From the NCBI RefSeq assembly GCF_006345805.1, contig NC_043013.1, positions 11,842,001 to 11,906,000 on the forward strand: a stretch of DNA of 64,000 bases, in the 5' to 3' direction. A program made the translations under genes and the position numbers. Below the pieces are notes generated by a model, which was not told the origin of the DNA, made no database searches, and saw only the letters and a list, made by a program, of their open reading frames with translations. The DNA comes from Octopus sinensis (Eukaryota). Shown here piece by piece: positions 13,030-24,977 of this stretch; position 1 is the stretch's first letter; every line of letters begins with the position of its first letter.

Positions 13030-13200
13030 GTTGCCGATTTTCCTTATTTTCACTTCTTTGTCTTTGGACATTCATCTTTTCGACGAAGAGCTATGCTCGA
13101 AACGTTAACAACTCTCTCCTTTCACCGAGTGTCAAATTAATATATTGCTTGTGCACGTCCTCACGTTCGCTTTATTCTTTTGTTTTCGCCTTTTCAATTG
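13030..13200 (+). mobile_element. Penelope-like pLTR-type fragment with degenerate HHR motif
   Basis: TCTTT-TCGACGA-A-GAGC-TAT-GCTC-GAAA-CG-TT at 13075-13106; downstream part homologous to 19680-19790. Confidence 0.6.
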
Positions 13201-13212
13201 TATATTCTTTGA

Positions 13213-13256
<44 letters not shown>

Positions 13257-13594
13257 TCTTTACTTTTTCACTTGTTCGACCCGCTATTGTTCGACCCACT
13301 GATTTGTAACGACATTTCGTATCCGAAGACGTCTGATGTAAACAATGAGATCGAAGATGGAAAAATAGGTAACGAGTGTACATACATATTTCAGGAGTTA
13401 TTGCTCTTTCTTCAGCACCACATCCAGCCCATTAACCATCCACGAACACATTGCTTAAGTAACCAGTAATGTAGCGGTGTAATATTATTGGCTATGCTAA
13501 TTTTACACGAACATGTTCCTGGCAACTGGTACATACATATTAATTACTTGACCCCCCCACATACACACACACAGATCAAGCATTGTTATGCGAT

Positions 13595-13810
13595 TAAGAA
13601 GTTCTCTCTGCGAACACGAGGTTTCGGACACCGCTTGGCAACATCGCATAACAACCGATGTTGGTTTATTTATGTGCCTCCGTCACTTAGCGATTCGACA
13701 ATAGTAACCGATAGATTAAGTACCAGACTTGAAAAAATTAAGTGCTACTTTACTATGGTAGTTCCCCAGCCCCAGTGTAGCCGCAACCCAATGAAACAAG
13801 TAACAGATAG
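13595..13810 (+). mobile_element. Degenerate SINE family B
   Basis: ACATCGCATAACAACCGATGTTGG..CACTTAGCGATTCGAC..ATAGATTAAGTACC. Confidence 0.65.
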
Positions 13811-14169
13811 AATATATATGTTTATCATACAATCATATGTGATTTTGTACCTATGTAACTATAAATATATTTTTCAATAATTTGATGTCAATTTTGATAA
13901 ATGACAATTTCGATAAATGACAAATTAATGTATGTACAATATTTATCAATAGAACATGATATGATCAATGCTGAGAATTTTACTAGCAATATCAAAAAAA
14001 AAAAAATAGGAAAGAATAATTATAACTCCTAAAGGTGTTGTACCGCTTTATATACTTAACATTGTGAAAGTAACTTCCGTTCTTTGTACATTTTGATGAA
14101 CATCTAACGACGGAGACTGAACGGAATTTTAAACTGCAGTTCAATAAAAAAAACGGTCCTCTGCACGAA

Positions 14170-14205
14170 ACTAGAAAATTACTACTACTACACTACTACT
14201 ACTAC

Positions 14206-14239
<34 letters not shown>

Positions 14240-14410
14240 CACTACTCTTGCTAGTACTTCTACAAATACTGCTGCTGCTACTACTACTACTAATACTATT
14301 TCTACTACTACCACAACTACTACTACTACTAATACTACCGCCGTCACCACCACCACTACTACTAGCTACTACTACTAGTTTTACTACTACTACTTCTACT
14401 GCTGCTGCTG

Positions 14411-14441
<31 letters not shown>

Positions 14442-14629
14442 CTGTGCTACAGATGCAAAGAATGAAAACAGCGAAAGTGTAATGGTGACCATAACACTGC
14501 ATTAATCCTAAAAAGAGTGAGAGGGAGAGAGGGGGTGAGAAAGAGAGAGGGTGAGAGATGGAGAGAGAGAAAAAACTAATGAAAGGCGAAGGAAAGCAAA
14601 GAAGTGAAAGAAACAGGGAGAGAGGTATA

Positions 14630-14665
<36 letters not shown>

Positions 14666-16576
14666 AAGATTGAAGAGGGGGTGAGATGAAGGAAGAGTAA
14701 TGTGGTGGTGAGTGGGGGGGGAGAGAAAGGGTTTGGGGGACAACAAAGATAAAGCGAGAGTCAATGGAGGAGAAAATACACTCCAAACCAACATCAACAC
14801 CTCCACCATCACCACCACCACCACCACACTATAATCATCATCAGCATCATCATCATCATCATCATCATCACAATACCTATTCAATCACCATTACCATCAA
14901 CATCATCATAAACACCATCAGCAATATCAACAACAAAAACCACAAATATTTCCACCACCATCCTCACCATCAGCACTACCGCCGCCTCCACCGTTAACAA
15001 AACCACCACCATCATCATCATCATAAACAAGAAGACCACCTTCAGTAATTCAACGATAAATAACACTACAGCCGCCATGTGTAAAAAACCATCACCATCA
15101 CCATCATCACTATTGTCGCCACCTCCATCCCCATCACTGCCAACAACAACAACGTAAGTAGAAATAGTACCATGACCACCATGACCACCACCAATGACAT
15201 TACAAACACAAGCACCTCGACACCATTATCACCATCACTACCATCATCATTACCAACATCACTAACAAGCAAACAACAGCAACATCGCAACCATCACAAA
15301 TACCACCACCACCACCACCGACGTTGCCATTATCACCACCAACACCATCACCAACAACAACAGAACCTTTATCACCACCATCACACCACCAACAAAACAC
15401 AATACACACCACCATCGCCACCACCACCACCATGTCACAACCACCACCTCCACCACCAACAACAACAACAGTGTTAAGAACACCATCACCTCCGCCCATA
15501 CTCCAGCTTTAAAAAATAAAAAAACAACCCCTACCCCATCCCCGCCCTTGCCTCCATCCACGCCTCTCCCCCTCCCCTTTCACCCGCACCTCGCACCCCC
15601 CACACACACATACCCACCCATACATTCACTCAACCATCACGACCTCCATAGCCTAATCATTCAATCAACGAACATAACTGGCCAACCACCGAATCCTCCA
15701 CCGCGTTCACCCTTATCCGTTATTTTGCCATAACAACCCCTCCTCCATTTTTTCACATTCACCGTTCCTATCTCTCTATCTCATACTCTCTCCTCCTCCT
15801 CCTCCTCCGCCTCCGCCTCCTCCTCATCTCTCGCACCCTCTCTTTCTATTACACTCTCTTTCCTCCGCACCTCCGTTCTCCTCTTTTCGCTCTTCCCCTC
15901 CTCGTATTCTTTCCCAATGTGCTTCAGATAAGAAGTTAGCAGTGAAAGATCGATCTGAAGGCACGGCATCATACGTGTGAGTATTTCTCACATTAAACTT
16001 GCCTTTTGACGGTCGAGAGTTTCACTTAATGTGTTTTTTTCTTTTCTTTTCTTTTTTTTTCTTTTTGTTTATGCATTTCATATTTTATATTTCTTCTTTT
16101 TTTCCTATTTTTATTTTGTTTAGCTTTCTGCCATTGTGTGCATTTGTTAGTGTTGTTGTTGTTGCTACTGTGGTTGTTGCTGTTGTTGTTGTTTTTCTTG
16201 GCCTTGTGAATCACAGCGGAGTTAGCGTTGACGATGATTGTGGAGGATACGTGTGACTGCATTGATGGTGGTGAGTATTGGTTGTGGTGGTGGTGGTGGA
16301 GGTGAGTATTGGCTGTAGTGGTGATGATGATGATGATGATGAAGGTGATCATCATCATCATCATGATTATGATGATGATAAAGGTGTTTTTTTTTTCAAT
16401 GATGATAATGGTAATCATGTTGGTAATGATGATGATAATGATGACGATGACGTTGATGATGAAGACGACGGTGATGATGAGTACGATGATGAAGATGATG
16501 ACGACGGCGATAATGAAGATGCCGTTGATGGTGGTGGTGATGGCGATGATGATGGTAGCAGTGGTAGTCGTGGTAG

Positions 16577-16607
<31 letters not shown>

Positions 16608-17760
16608 GGTGGTGGATATTGATGATGATGATGATGATGTAGAGGATGATGAAGATCAAGATTATGATGATGACAACGACGACGATGATGGAGGGGGAGG
16701 AAGAGGACAATGCCGAAGATGATGCTTATGACGATGATGATGATGGGATGATAATGGTGATGATGATAATGATTACGATGATGATGATGATTACGATGAT
16801 GATAATGATTACGATGATGATGATGATTACGATGATGGTGCTGGTGAATAGGAAAATTAGGATCACTGTGATGATAATGACGATGAGGATGTTGATGATG
16901 ATGATGATGATGAGGATGATGACGATGATTACGATGATGACGATGAAGTTGATGTTGCTTAATTTCAGCAGTGAAATTGATGATGAAGTATATGATGATG
17001 TCAATGACAATGATCAGTGTGATGATGATGATGATGAGGAGGAGGATGAGGCAGATGAGGATGACAATAGTGGCTGCAATGGTACTATTGATAGGAGAAA
17101 ACTCTTATGGCGACGATGCTTTGGTGATTACGCTAACGATAATGACGAAAACGTCGATGGTGCTGACAAAGTTGAGGATAACAATGATGATGTTGATGAC
17201 GATGATGATGAATTTGATGATGATGATGGTGATGATGGTGGTGCTGGTGGTGGTGGTTGTGGTAGTGGTGATGTTGGTAGCGGTGGTGGTGTGGTGGGGG
17301 TGCTGATGACTACAATAGTGATGATGATAACGACGACGACGACGATGATAATGTTGATAATGATAAAGGTGACGATGATGATGATTTATGATAATGATGT
17401 TGTTGTTGTTGTTGTTGGCGGTGAGGATGACGACGATGATGCTGGAGCTGAAGATGATGATGATGATGATGCTGATATGCTGATGATATTTTATGATGAT
17501 GATACTGATGATGATGATGATGATGATGATTGAAGCTGACGATGATGATCATCATCATCACGACGACGATGATGCTGTTGTTGATGATGTTGTTGCTGCT
17601 ACTGCTGCTGCTGCTGCTGATGATGATGATGATAATGATGGTGACGGCGATCACAACGATGACGACAACGATATGACGTCGTCGATTATTACGACGGTGA
17701 CGATGATGCTATTGATATTAATACTGCTTCTCTTCATTTATATATTTATTTACATATTTA
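14170..17760. repeat. 3.6-kb compound low-complexity block: (CTA)n, GA-rich, CAC/CAT-rich, CT-rich, GAT/GGT-rich
   Basis: Directly visible; the only complex island is ~15900-16030. Confidence 0.92.
15928..15976 (+). CDS. Candidate 49-nt coding exon, (x)KKLAVKDRSEGTASY(V), unknown gene
   Basis: Polypyrimidine acceptor TATTCTTTCCCAATGTGCTTCAG, consensus donor |GTGAGT, open frame, unique island inside simple repeats. Confidence 0.48.
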
Positions 17761-17999
17761 TTTTATTTATTTATTCTTATTATACTCCTCTGATAATATT
17801 ACGTCTTTTCAAAATTTCTGTTTTTTTTTTTCTTCTTTTATTTTCTATTCTAAGATTCTTATCATTGCAGTGTGAGATAAGGAACCTATCAGACAAGTGG
17901 GCGGACCTTAGATTGTATTGTATTTATATAGTTTTATTTTTAAATCCCCACCCAAAGTAGCTAACCCTCCCCTCTACCCTATTTTATATCTCACACACA

Positions 18000-18391
18000 A
18001 ATACACACACACAAACACACACACACGCACATACACACACACACACAAATATATAGAAATATTCAGACATACATACGTGCACCAACAGAAATAAGCTTGC
18101 ATTCATTCCTTACAAATATATCTCCCAATCAAGTTATCTTTTCCTTTGTGTTTACACACACACACACACACACACACACGCGCGCGCGCAGGCACACACG
18201 CACACACACACACACGTACGCATTCACGCTTACACGTGTGTATGTAAGTATATGAGTGTGCACGCATGCGATCGTGCACATATGTGTATGTATATGTGCG
18301 TTTATACATAGACATATATGTAAACAGAATTTCATCATATGCGTGTATATATATATATATGTGTGTGTGTGTATGTATGTATGTATGTATA

Positions 18392-18437
<46 letters not shown>

Positions 18438-18605
18438 GTATATATATATATGCATACATACATATATATATATACAGATGCATATATATATATATGCATC
18501 CATACATGCGTTCATATATATATATGCATACACTAACAATCGCAAAACACACACACACACATATATATTATATATATTACAAGTATAAATATAAATATAC
18601 ATAAA
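18000..18605. repeat. (CA)n/(TA)n/(TATG)n microsatellites
   Basis: Directly visible. Confidence 0.9.
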
Positions 18606-19371
18606 AATTATAAAGAATCTACTATTTTCTATATTTTCCCTTTAACCCTCAACACTTTAATTTGTTTGATAATATTTTCGTCGTTCTATTTACTATTGTT
18701 TCATCAACTTGTATTCCTATTTAGCTTACTTATTATCAATCTTCCTTTGTTCTTTAAGACAGAAGAGTTTATATCACTGAACTATATCAATAAATAAATA
18801 TCCCCTTTTGTATTGTATTGTTAGATATTGTCTTACTAATGTAAAATAATACGTTTTTGTCGTCCTTTATGCTTGCATACCAATTTTTATACAATATCAG
18901 TTTGCCATAGTGGAGCAAAGTTTAACTATGTCGCTCGAGATTTTATTTTACATTGACATGTTGTTAGATCTTTTCCTTGTTGTTGTTGATGTTGTGGTTG
19001 TCATTGTTGTTGCTGTTGTTGTTGTTGCTATCGGTGGCAGTAATGGTGGCGGTGTTGCTGTTAGTGTAGGTGGTGGTGGTTTAGGTGGTTTTTGTGCTGC
19101 GACTACTACAAGTTGGAGGTGGTGTATTTGTATTGTATTTCATTTTCTCTTTTCTACGTCAATCCCCAAACCATACCCAATCCATTGGGTCTGAGATCAG
19201 AAATGCTTCCAATGGTAACATGGCGCTTTTTAGTTTCCAGACATATCATGCATATAGAACCATATATATTAACTGATATACACCTCCTTCCTTTGTAACA
19301 GGGGATTGAAAGTTGGCTAATATTTCTAGCAGAAGTAATTATCTCAGATGTCCGTATCATGTACCTCATGT

Positions 19372-19960
19372 AATAGGAGTGGCTGTGTAGTAAGTAACTT
19401 GCTTACCAACTACATTGTTCCGGGTTCAGTCCCACTGCCTGGCACCTTGGGCAAGTGTTTTCTGCTATAGCCTCGGGCCGACCAAAGCCTTATGAGTGGA
19501 TATGGTAGACGGAAACTGAAAGAATCCCGACACATATCTCTCGTACTCTCCTGTCTTTGAAAGAACTTTTCTTCACCCATTTCCTTTCGGTCATTCAAAA
19601 TGTGACCGCGTGTGTACCGTTGGCGATTTTTTCCTCCGTGTTCCCTTCTCTGAATCTTTCGTTTTCCTATGTTTCTGACGAAACCCTCCTTCTTCCCTTC
19701 CTTCCTGAGCGTCCAATAATACTATATTTGTTCCACATCCTCGCGTTGTTGTGTTTTCTCTTTGTGTTTTCATCTTTGGATTAACTATATATACATATAT
19801 ATGTATGTGTGTGTATATGTTTGTGTGTCTGTGTTTGTCTCCCAACATCGCTTGACAACCGATGCTGGTGTGTTTACGTCCGCGTAACTTAGCGGTTCGG
19901 CAAAAGACACTGATAGAATAAGTACTAGGCTTACAAAGAATAAGCCCTGGGTCGATTTCC
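19372..19960 (+). mobile_element. SINE family B interrupted at ~19530-19790 by a Penelope-like pLTR fragment
   Basis: Head AGGAGTGGCTGTGTAGTAAG, CORE-like GGCACCTTGGGCAAGTG; the insert carries CTGACGA-A (19675) and homology to 13110-13200; SINE body resumes at ~19815. Confidence 0.8.
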
Positions 19961-20364
19961 AAGTAAAAAGAGTATTATACTGAACTATATGACTCGTATA
20001 CTTCAGTATAGTTCAGTATATCGATCTGGTTTGGCGAACCACTAGGATATTTTATCGATCTCGCTTGGTGGACGGCTAAGCATTATAAACTACTACATTA
20101 CTCTAATATTATTCTAACATATATAAATAACTTGCAGTTATATTTTTGTTACTTTTCTTAGATATATTGCCCATTATCATCACCTTTGATTCTTAATAAA
20201 ATGTTTTGTAAAATATATCGGAATAAAATGATGTAGAAATGCAACACATAATTGTACTTTCTTATTTCGCTAATAACAGTCTGCGACTATTCCGAGTAGC
20301 ACAGCAAACATATATATATATATATATACAAAAACGTGAAATATATACAAAAATGCGCACAATA

Positions 20365-20751
20365 TTAAGGGAATTCTATTAAAACTATATTACTCTTAGT
20401 TACTGAATTGTCAGAAGTCTTCGATTTTAAGGGCAGGAACGCGTGCACAAAAGAAATGTACTTCATGTTAAGAAACTTTTGTGTAGCATGTATCTGTTCA
20501 TAGATTGCTTTGAAAATTTGTTCTGCTGACTGCAATGTGTAAATAGCGAGTCCTTTGAGGTGGAAAATACGTCCGAATCGCAACCCCAAATCGACATCAT
20601 TTAAGCTTAAGTCATTTATCATTCTTAGGTTGAAAGTCACTGCCTTTGTTTTTATTAAATTTGAAAATATTGAAAACTTTATTAAAATAAATTTGTCATT
20701 ATCAAACTGGCGTTTGGAAGATAAATTAACATGAAATTTTAAAGGAGGGTT
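20365..20751 (-). other. 128-codon stop-free frame in non-repetitive AT-rich DNA; function unknown
   Basis: Open from the upstream stop at 20752-20754 to TAA at 20365; no motif recognised. Confidence 0.2.
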
Positions 20752-21625
20752 TTAATCAAATCAGATTAAGGCAAGACGTGTGTATCAGAGAACCGGAGGC
20801 GGTCCCAAACAGTTCAAACTACAAAAAAGGTTAAGTAAATAAACTGTTAAAAATAATTTCGCTACGATACTAATCCAGAGTCAACAATCGTTTAATGAAC
20901 CAAGGAAATTCGGTTTATATATTCTATTATTCACACAGAATTTAGCGAAATTTCCATACAAATTTTCCCTGCAAAAATTTTCCATACAAAAATGCCAAAC
21001 AAAGCTGTGACTGAAATTATAGCAGAATATTTATTCATTTATTAAAATTTCATGCATTTTTATACAATTAGGTCACTTTGAAAATTTCACAAGAAAATTT
21101 TTGTTTTCAGAATTTTTTGATAGAAGCACTTCAATAGATATTTTTCCACAAAAATTTGTATTGTTCTTTACCCATTTATTTGTGTCCACCTGTGGAAACT
21201 TTAATCTGTTGTTCAACCTGTCAGTACAAAATGATTAACCGCAATTGTGGGTCAAATATCCTTTAATTCCGCTCTTGAATGTAGGGGATGAGGAAGTCGC
21301 ACATATTTATATTTCTGTTTCCTTCACAACGTTATGATACACTTGCTCAAGGTGTCTTAAAGTTGGACTGAACCCAAGACCATGAAGTTGGGATGCCAGC
21401 TTCTTACCATAGAGCCACACCTATACTCATATGTACGAAATATTAAGATAAACCCTAAATTTTATAAAAATTCCCTCTAGGCTGTTTAGAGCCCTGCGAC
21501 AGATGTTCCAAATGCATATAGATGTGCACCCAGAATGGATCCTTGGGGAACACTTTCCATACAGAAGCACTTCAATACACACACAGTCACACACGCACAC
21601 ACACTTCCGAATATACTTATTAACA

Positions 21626-21790
21626 TAGGCGCAGGAGTGGGGGGTGGTAAGAAGGGTGCTTCCCAACCAAATAGTTCCGGGTTCAGTCCCACTGCGTGGC
21701 ACCTTGGGCAAGTGTCTTCTACTATAGCCGCGGACCGACCAAATCCTTCCGAGTAGACTTGGTAGAGAGAAAAACTGAAAGCCCGTCGTT

Positions 21791-21800
<10 letters not shown>
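21626..21800 (+). mobile_element. SINE family B 5' half
   Basis: AGGCGCAGGAGTGG..GGGTTCAGTCCCACTGCGTGGCACCTTGGGCAAGTGTCTT. Confidence 0.85.
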
Positions 21801-21827
<27 letters not shown>

Positions 21828-22462
21828 TGTGTGTGTGTGTGGTGTGTGCGTGTGTGTGTGGTGTGTGTGTTGTGTGTGTGTGTAATATAATATAGATAGT
21901 ATGTATATATACATGCATATATGGATACAGGACAAAATAAATCGTTGAACACTATGAGAAACGAGACATACATGAAGATATTCCCCTTCTTCAGTTGTCC
22001 CTGTTTCATCTACTCCACGTTTCGGGAGTTATATTATTATATATATATTATATATATATATATATTATATATATATATTATTCTATATACATTACATACA
22101 TACTATATACATACATACATACATTACATACCTACATACATACATCCATACATATATATATATATATGTAGGTCCCGGGTTGAGTCGGGGTTAACCACAG
22201 TAAATAAGATTACTCAATATTCATGCAGAGTAAATTCTATAAAATAACTATAATTATTATAATATATATAGTATATATATATATATATATAATATATATA
22301 TATATTATATATATATATATATATATTAATAGAGGTCATAAAAGTTGCGGTGGGTACAGACCAGCAAAAGTTATTGCTAGAAACAAGAGTGAAAATAACT
22401 CAAAAGCCATTAAGCGCTAGTATTTAAAGACTGACAAATGGAGGTACGTCTCCTGCTTACAT

Positions 22463-22519
22463 AGCCGGACCGACGATTTCGGATTTTGATGCATAGCATC
22501 TGAATCCTCGTCAGGGACT
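22463..22519 (-). ncRNA. Type I hammerhead ribozyme motif with intact catalytic core
   Basis: AGUCC-CUGACGA-GGAUU(CA)GAUGC-UAU-GCAUC(AA)AAUCC-GAAA-UCG-U-CGG-UC/CGGCU: all core nucleotides, G10.1-C11.1, 10-bp stem II, GUC site; C.C mismatch at the first stem I pair. Confidence 0.72.
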
Positions 22520-22609
22520 CTTAGCGCCTAGGGTTAAACTCTATCTCTGTCAACCGTTCAAAGCCTTTGCCGATTTTCAAAGCGGTAAATGTGTAAACAA
22601 CAAATTAAA

Positions 22610-23521
22610 TGGCTAAGTTATTTTATCGATCCTGTTTGGCGAAACGCTAAGGTGTATTATCAATCTCCTTTGGAGAACCGCTAAGTTATTTTATCGATCT
22701 CCTTTGACGAACCGCTATGATATTTTATTGATCTCATTTAGGGAACCGCTAATTCATTTTATCGAACCGCTCCGTCATTTTATCGAACTACTTTGGCGAA
22801 CCGCTAATTTAGTTTATCGATCTCTTTTGGCGAAGCGCTAATTTATTTTATCAATTTCACTTGGCGAACCGCTAAGTTATTCTAACGATATCCTATTGCG
22901 AGCCGCTAGGTAATTTTATCGATCACGCTTGGTGAACCGCTAAATTATTTTATCGATATCCTTTGACGAAAGGCTAAGTTATTTTATCGATCTTATTTAG
23001 CGAGCAGCTAAGTAATTTTATTGACTACGTTTGGTGAACCGCTATGTTACTTTATCCTTTGGCGAACCGCTAAGTTATTTTATCGATCACGTTTGGCGAA
23101 CTGCCATGTTACTTTATCGATTACGTCCGGCGAACCACTAGGTTATTTTATCGATCATGTTTGGCGAATCGCTAATGTATTTTGTCGTCATCCTCTGGCG
23201 AACCGCTAAGTTATTCTATCGATCTATTTTGGCGAGCCGCTAGTTTATTTTATTGATAACCTTTGGCGAACCGCTAATGTTATTTTATCGATCTGGTTTG
23301 GCGAACCACTAGGATATTTTATCGATCTCGCTTGGTGGACGGCTAAGTTATTTTATCGATCTCATTTAGCGATCCGCTAGATTATTGTCCGATATCCTTT
23401 GGCGAACCGCTACGTTATTTTGTCGATCACCTTTCGCGAATCGCTAGATTATGTTACCGCTAGATTATGTGTCCTTTGCGAACCGCTAAGTTATTTTATC
23501 GATTTCCTTGGGTGAACCGCT
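22610..23521. repeat. ~34-35 bp minisatellite (~26 diverged units) derived from a SINE family B segment
   Basis: Unit TTATTTTATCGATCTCTTTTGGCGAACCGCTAAG versus SINE reverse complement TTATTCTATCGGTCTCTTTTGCCGAACCGCTAAG. Confidence 0.9.
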
Positions 23522-23633
23522 ATGTGTGTCTATGTTTAGTTAGTGTATGTGTGTGTGTGTGGGGGGGAAGTGCCTTTAATATTTGTATCTCCTGTTTATA
23601 CACGTTCGTGTAATTTGTTTTTCTTTATTGGAG

Positions 23634-23711
23634 AGACGTTAAGAAGAAAAGAGCTCATCGATTCTCTACCAGCACGCTGAGCAGGAACACGGGGGCTCAC
23701 TCAACAACATA
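23634..23711 (+). CDS. Candidate 78-nt coding exon, (V)DVKKKRAHRFSTSTLSRNTGAHSTT(Y/stop), unknown gene
   Basis: Acceptor TAATTTGTTTTTCTTTATTGGAG, consensus donor A|GTAAGT, phase 2-2, joins in frame to 15976. Confidence 0.45.
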
Positions 23712-24039
23712 GTAAGTTAAAATCTTGTCCACTCATAGAACAGACACAACAATTAGGTAAATTACGGAAGGTACATACATAATATGAGATAAACTTAGCC
23801 TGAATAGGAAACTGGAATGGAACACTAGCACACATCCCCAACACTCAACACACCACAGGATATGACAGAATAAGATCCCCATAAACTGGTAACAATATAA
23901 ACAAAAAAAAACATAATAAAATAATAAAATACACAGATAAATAAACAAATGGAAGTAAATAACTATATAAATTTTAAAAAATTAACAAAATACAAACAAT
24001 AATAATAATAATAATAATAATAATATAATAATAATAATG

Positions 24040-24118
<79 letters not shown>

Positions 24119-24539
24119 GGTATAAACACATGAACAAAATAAAAATAAACAAATTACACGAACGTGTATACACATGAGATACAAATATTACAGGCATCCC
24201 CACCCAACACACACACACACTAACTAAACATAGAGACACATAGCGGCAAACGCATGCGCAGATGAAGGCACATACATTAGGAATACAAAATACAAAATGG
24301 CTGACCGTTAGTAAGGAGAGGCACACATGTAAGAAAGAAGAAAGCAAAGGACCACTGATGCGGTCACAGGAGTGTGACGAAAGAACTCTGGCCGAAATAA
24401 GATTCAGATTAATGTAAAATATAAATAACGCATCGAGAGTTACACAAATACTAGAACTGGGTGCCACTGCATAGTGCCAAGGACTCCCAATTTGCCATCA
24501 AGATGTAGGACAAATTACTGTGATAGATAGACTTCAGAG

Positions 24540-24835
24540 GTCCACAGCTTTTCAATATCCTCCCGAAGGACCTGAGAGACCTGCATGTGTGGGGGAGGGG
24601 GTGCAGATGTTTTTAAAATAAAACTGGATCTCTTCCTGTCAGGTATCCCAGATGAACCAACTTCACGGCAGGAGGTGCGGATGAGGGCAGCTGCATCAAA
24701 CTCTCTCATGCACCCAATGTCAATTGCTAAAAAGCATTCGTAAAGTAAAATCATGTAGCAACACCGAATGGCGGTACCCAGCATGGCCACAGCTCGTGTG
24801 CTGAAGCTAGATAAAATGAAATAAAATGAAATGAA
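24540..24835 (+). mobile_element. Retroposon 3' end with (AATGA)n-like tail; second copy at ~39080-39290
   Basis: CCCAGATGAACCAACTTCACGGCAGGAGGTGC...GCATGGCCACAGCTCGTG shared between both loci. Confidence 0.75.
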
Positions 24836-24927
24836 AATGAAACGCTGAAGCAAATTAACACCAAATATATAGTGCGTGTGTTTTTATTGGCTAAACTGGC
24901 AAAATGACCATTCCTAAATACCAAAAC

Positions 24928-24977
<50 letters not shown>

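Noticed and set aside
16217-16270. AG...GTGAGT-bounded 54-nt open segment
   Set aside because: Inside GTT/GAT/GGT low complexity where such signals arise by chance; not phase-compatible after 15976
22610-23521. CRISPR-like appearance of regularly spaced GAACCGCTAAG
   Set aside because: Intervening sequences are homologous to each other rather than unique spacers; SINE-derived; eukaryotic context and no cas genes
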